Assembly: GCA_964106915.2 (NCBI GenBank) | Contig: OZ066919.1 | Reading direction: 5' to 3' (one strand) | DNA length: 64,000 nt | From: Podarcis gaigeae | Taxonomy: Eukaryota | Part shown: positions 61,423-64,000 of the stretch, one piece after another | How the letters are laid out: each line of letters starts with the position of its first letter | How positions within the stretch are numbered: the first letter of the stretch is position 1 | Position numbers and translations under genes: made by a program | The notes under the pieces: generated by a model | The model's input: only the letters and a program-made list of their open reading frames with translations | What the model was told of the DNA's origin: nothing | Database searches by the model: none

Positions 61423-63643
61423 GACAGGAGGTTCTGTATTTGTAGAACCTTTTTTTTTTTTTTTAGCCACACACACATTACACAAGCACACTCTGGATCA
61501 GTGTGAATTTTGCATGGTAATATATAGCAGCAATGGATAAATCAGATTTAGCTCTGACCTTCTACCTGATAAGTCTGAAACCCCATAGCTGTTGAAAAAT
61601 AAAAAGTGCCATTACACTTTTGAGCCTAGCTAGCTTTATGCTGCAAGAGGTTTTGCAGACAGCAAAACATGTAAGTGGGTGTGTTGGGCTCCCAACACAG
61701 TGGGAAGCAAACCCCTCATCTCAGCTCATGCTAGCATAAGCTATAGCTGAAGACAGGATTAGCTTGTCTGTCAGGTTTATTGATGAAAACCATTTATTCA
61801 GCTTTATGCTCTAAGGGCACGTCTGCGCCAGATACATCCCATAATAAATAAGACACAATGATGACAGACAAATAACCATTTTAAAAATGGTACAAGGACA
61901 ATAGGGTGGACACAAACTAATTGTTGTTTGTAATTTGCTCCACTCAGATGAAAAAGTGATGCATAATTCTATGAGAATTTTTACACACTTGTTTTAGTAA
62001 CTGGTTTCTTGAAATAAGGTGATAGGATTAGAAGTAGATGTTTTTCTTCCAGCTAGTCTCAACTTTAATAGATATGGTAGCAAAGTGCTAGTGTGTTACC
62101 TCATTTTTAAGCTACGGTAATCTTTTCACCTAAAATGAATGAGCCAGGGAGCACAAGGGAAATTACAGTTGTATGATAATGCCCCATTCAAAATACTGCC
62201 ACTGGTGTATAATATAATACAGTTAATGATCAAACAGGCAACCTCTGAAGAGTTTTGGCAGTGCTTGCATGATGCTTTGGTTCCAGATAATTTTCTCAGG
62301 TTTACCCACTGAAAAGGATTGAACTGAAATGCAGGGGAAAGGTGTGTTTATTGAATAAGGCAAGCTTCTCTTGGGACTCTTATTTATCGTATTTGGAGGA
62401 CAAACCAGTGAAGCTGGTATGCTTACATTTCAAATCCCCAAAAGAAGTTGGTCCTTTAATCAAACCTGCCTAACGATCTTCCAAGTTTATTTTGCTGGGA
62501 TCTAGTAAAACCTTATCTGCTTTGTGTCTTATACTCTCTGGTGCCAAGTCCTAACAGCTCCCTGTTGAAATAGCACTGTAACATAGCCCATTCCCATTAG
62601 TATCTGCAGTTATCAGAGGCCATGGCATGTTCTGCAAAACTTAGTCCATCCTTAACTGTCTATCTGTTTATTCTGCCACAATCCCATGGTTTACCCTAGG
62701 CTCCCGCCAATCCATCTCTTTTGTTTTTCCTCTCTTCTTTCCTACTTCCTCTTTAAACTTCTTGGTCAATGAAATTGTCATTCTGTCTCTAATGTCCATG
62801 GTTTACAAAAGGAAGCTGAAAGCTTGTGAAATGAAAGTCAAATGGAGCCATCAGATAATCAGAACAAAGCCAGAGATAGTGCCGGGATGACGCATTTATC
62901 ACAACTTGAAGCCTTTTCTGTGTTTCAAGTAGGCTGTGCCCTTTCTCTGTGTAGATAGACAAGACCATGCAAGCGGTGTCTGTGATTTGGCCGACCAAAC
63001 TCTAGACTGTGTGCCCTCTGAAGGCATAGTTGGCTCTTTGGGAATTATTCCCAGAGCAGGTCTGACATGAGCAGGGGACCACTGTCAGGTACTAGTCCTT
63101 GATGACACACATTTCTAAAGAAAAATCCTGCAAAGCTGACTACTGGAGCAAAAATAGAAGTTTCTTTCCGTAGATCAGCTCCTATGCAGATAAGCAGAGA
63201 GACACATTTAGAGCCTGTAATAGAAATTCTCTGGGTCTTTCTGGGGGTGGCCCACCCTGTTTTGATGCCCAAGGTGAAATGGGAGGTGCCGTCCTGCCAC
63301 TGCTGCTGCTGCCTGAACCACCAGCAGAGAAGTTGTGCTGGCATCACCACTGATTTCAAGTAAGATGTTGCATGGTCCACAAGTTCCTATGTGATTTTGG
63401 TGAGCTCTCTCCTGAAATTGGCACCAGTGCAGGCACTGCTTCTCTGCCAGGAGTGGAGGTGGTGGGACAGGCAAGGTCAGCCCTGAGGTCTTCCTCAGAA
63501 GCAAGTTGTTGAAGCTGTTTGATGCTTTGCACAACAGTTGGCATGGCCTCCTTCCTAAGTAGGTATCTTCACCCTAGACCACTCTACTTGAGAGCACTGC
63601 AATAAAGTTTGATGACTATGTCCAATGTATTTTGCTTGACTAG

Positions 63644-63883
<240 letters not shown>

Positions 63884-64000
63884 TAGTACTACCCCAGGTA
63901 TTCTCCTCCACTAATCTGGTAATGTCTAATGACACATGAGAAAAGGTCTACTTAAGCAAGGGGTTGTGCATGTGTCTTTCACAAAAAGTATATTCGCAGC

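Overview
This is eukaryotic (squamate, most likely lacertid lizard) genomic DNA. The whole window lies inside one + strand gene, Plexin-A2 (PLXNA2). Nine internal coding exons (200, 152, 118, 137, 168, 94, 240, 144 and 235 bp) have GT-AG boundaries and compatible phases. They encode the last PSI domain, the IPT/TIG repeats, the transmembrane helix and the juxtamembrane segment; the start and stop codons lie outside the window. The introns carry reptile repeats: four Sauria SINEs, a BovB/RTE 3' fragment, L2/CR1 remnants, tRNA-derived SINEs, hAT and Tigger MITEs and microsatellites, plus a 204-bp N gap. The most striking structure is at 54.8-56.06 kb, a very young Penelope-like cassette inside a (TA)n tract. 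It contains a 311-bp inverted repeat, a perfect 208-bp palindrome and four identical minimal hammerhead-ribozyme cores, two per strand. About 800 bp downstream is a TSD-bounded, ~700-bp non-coding RTE derivative whose first base begins a predicted pseudoknot with HDV-like topology. Also notable are a ~99% identical inverted SINE pair bracketing one exon and a probable 3-aa insertion creating WxxWxxW in the PSI domain. Family names are from recall of consensus sequences; no database search was run.
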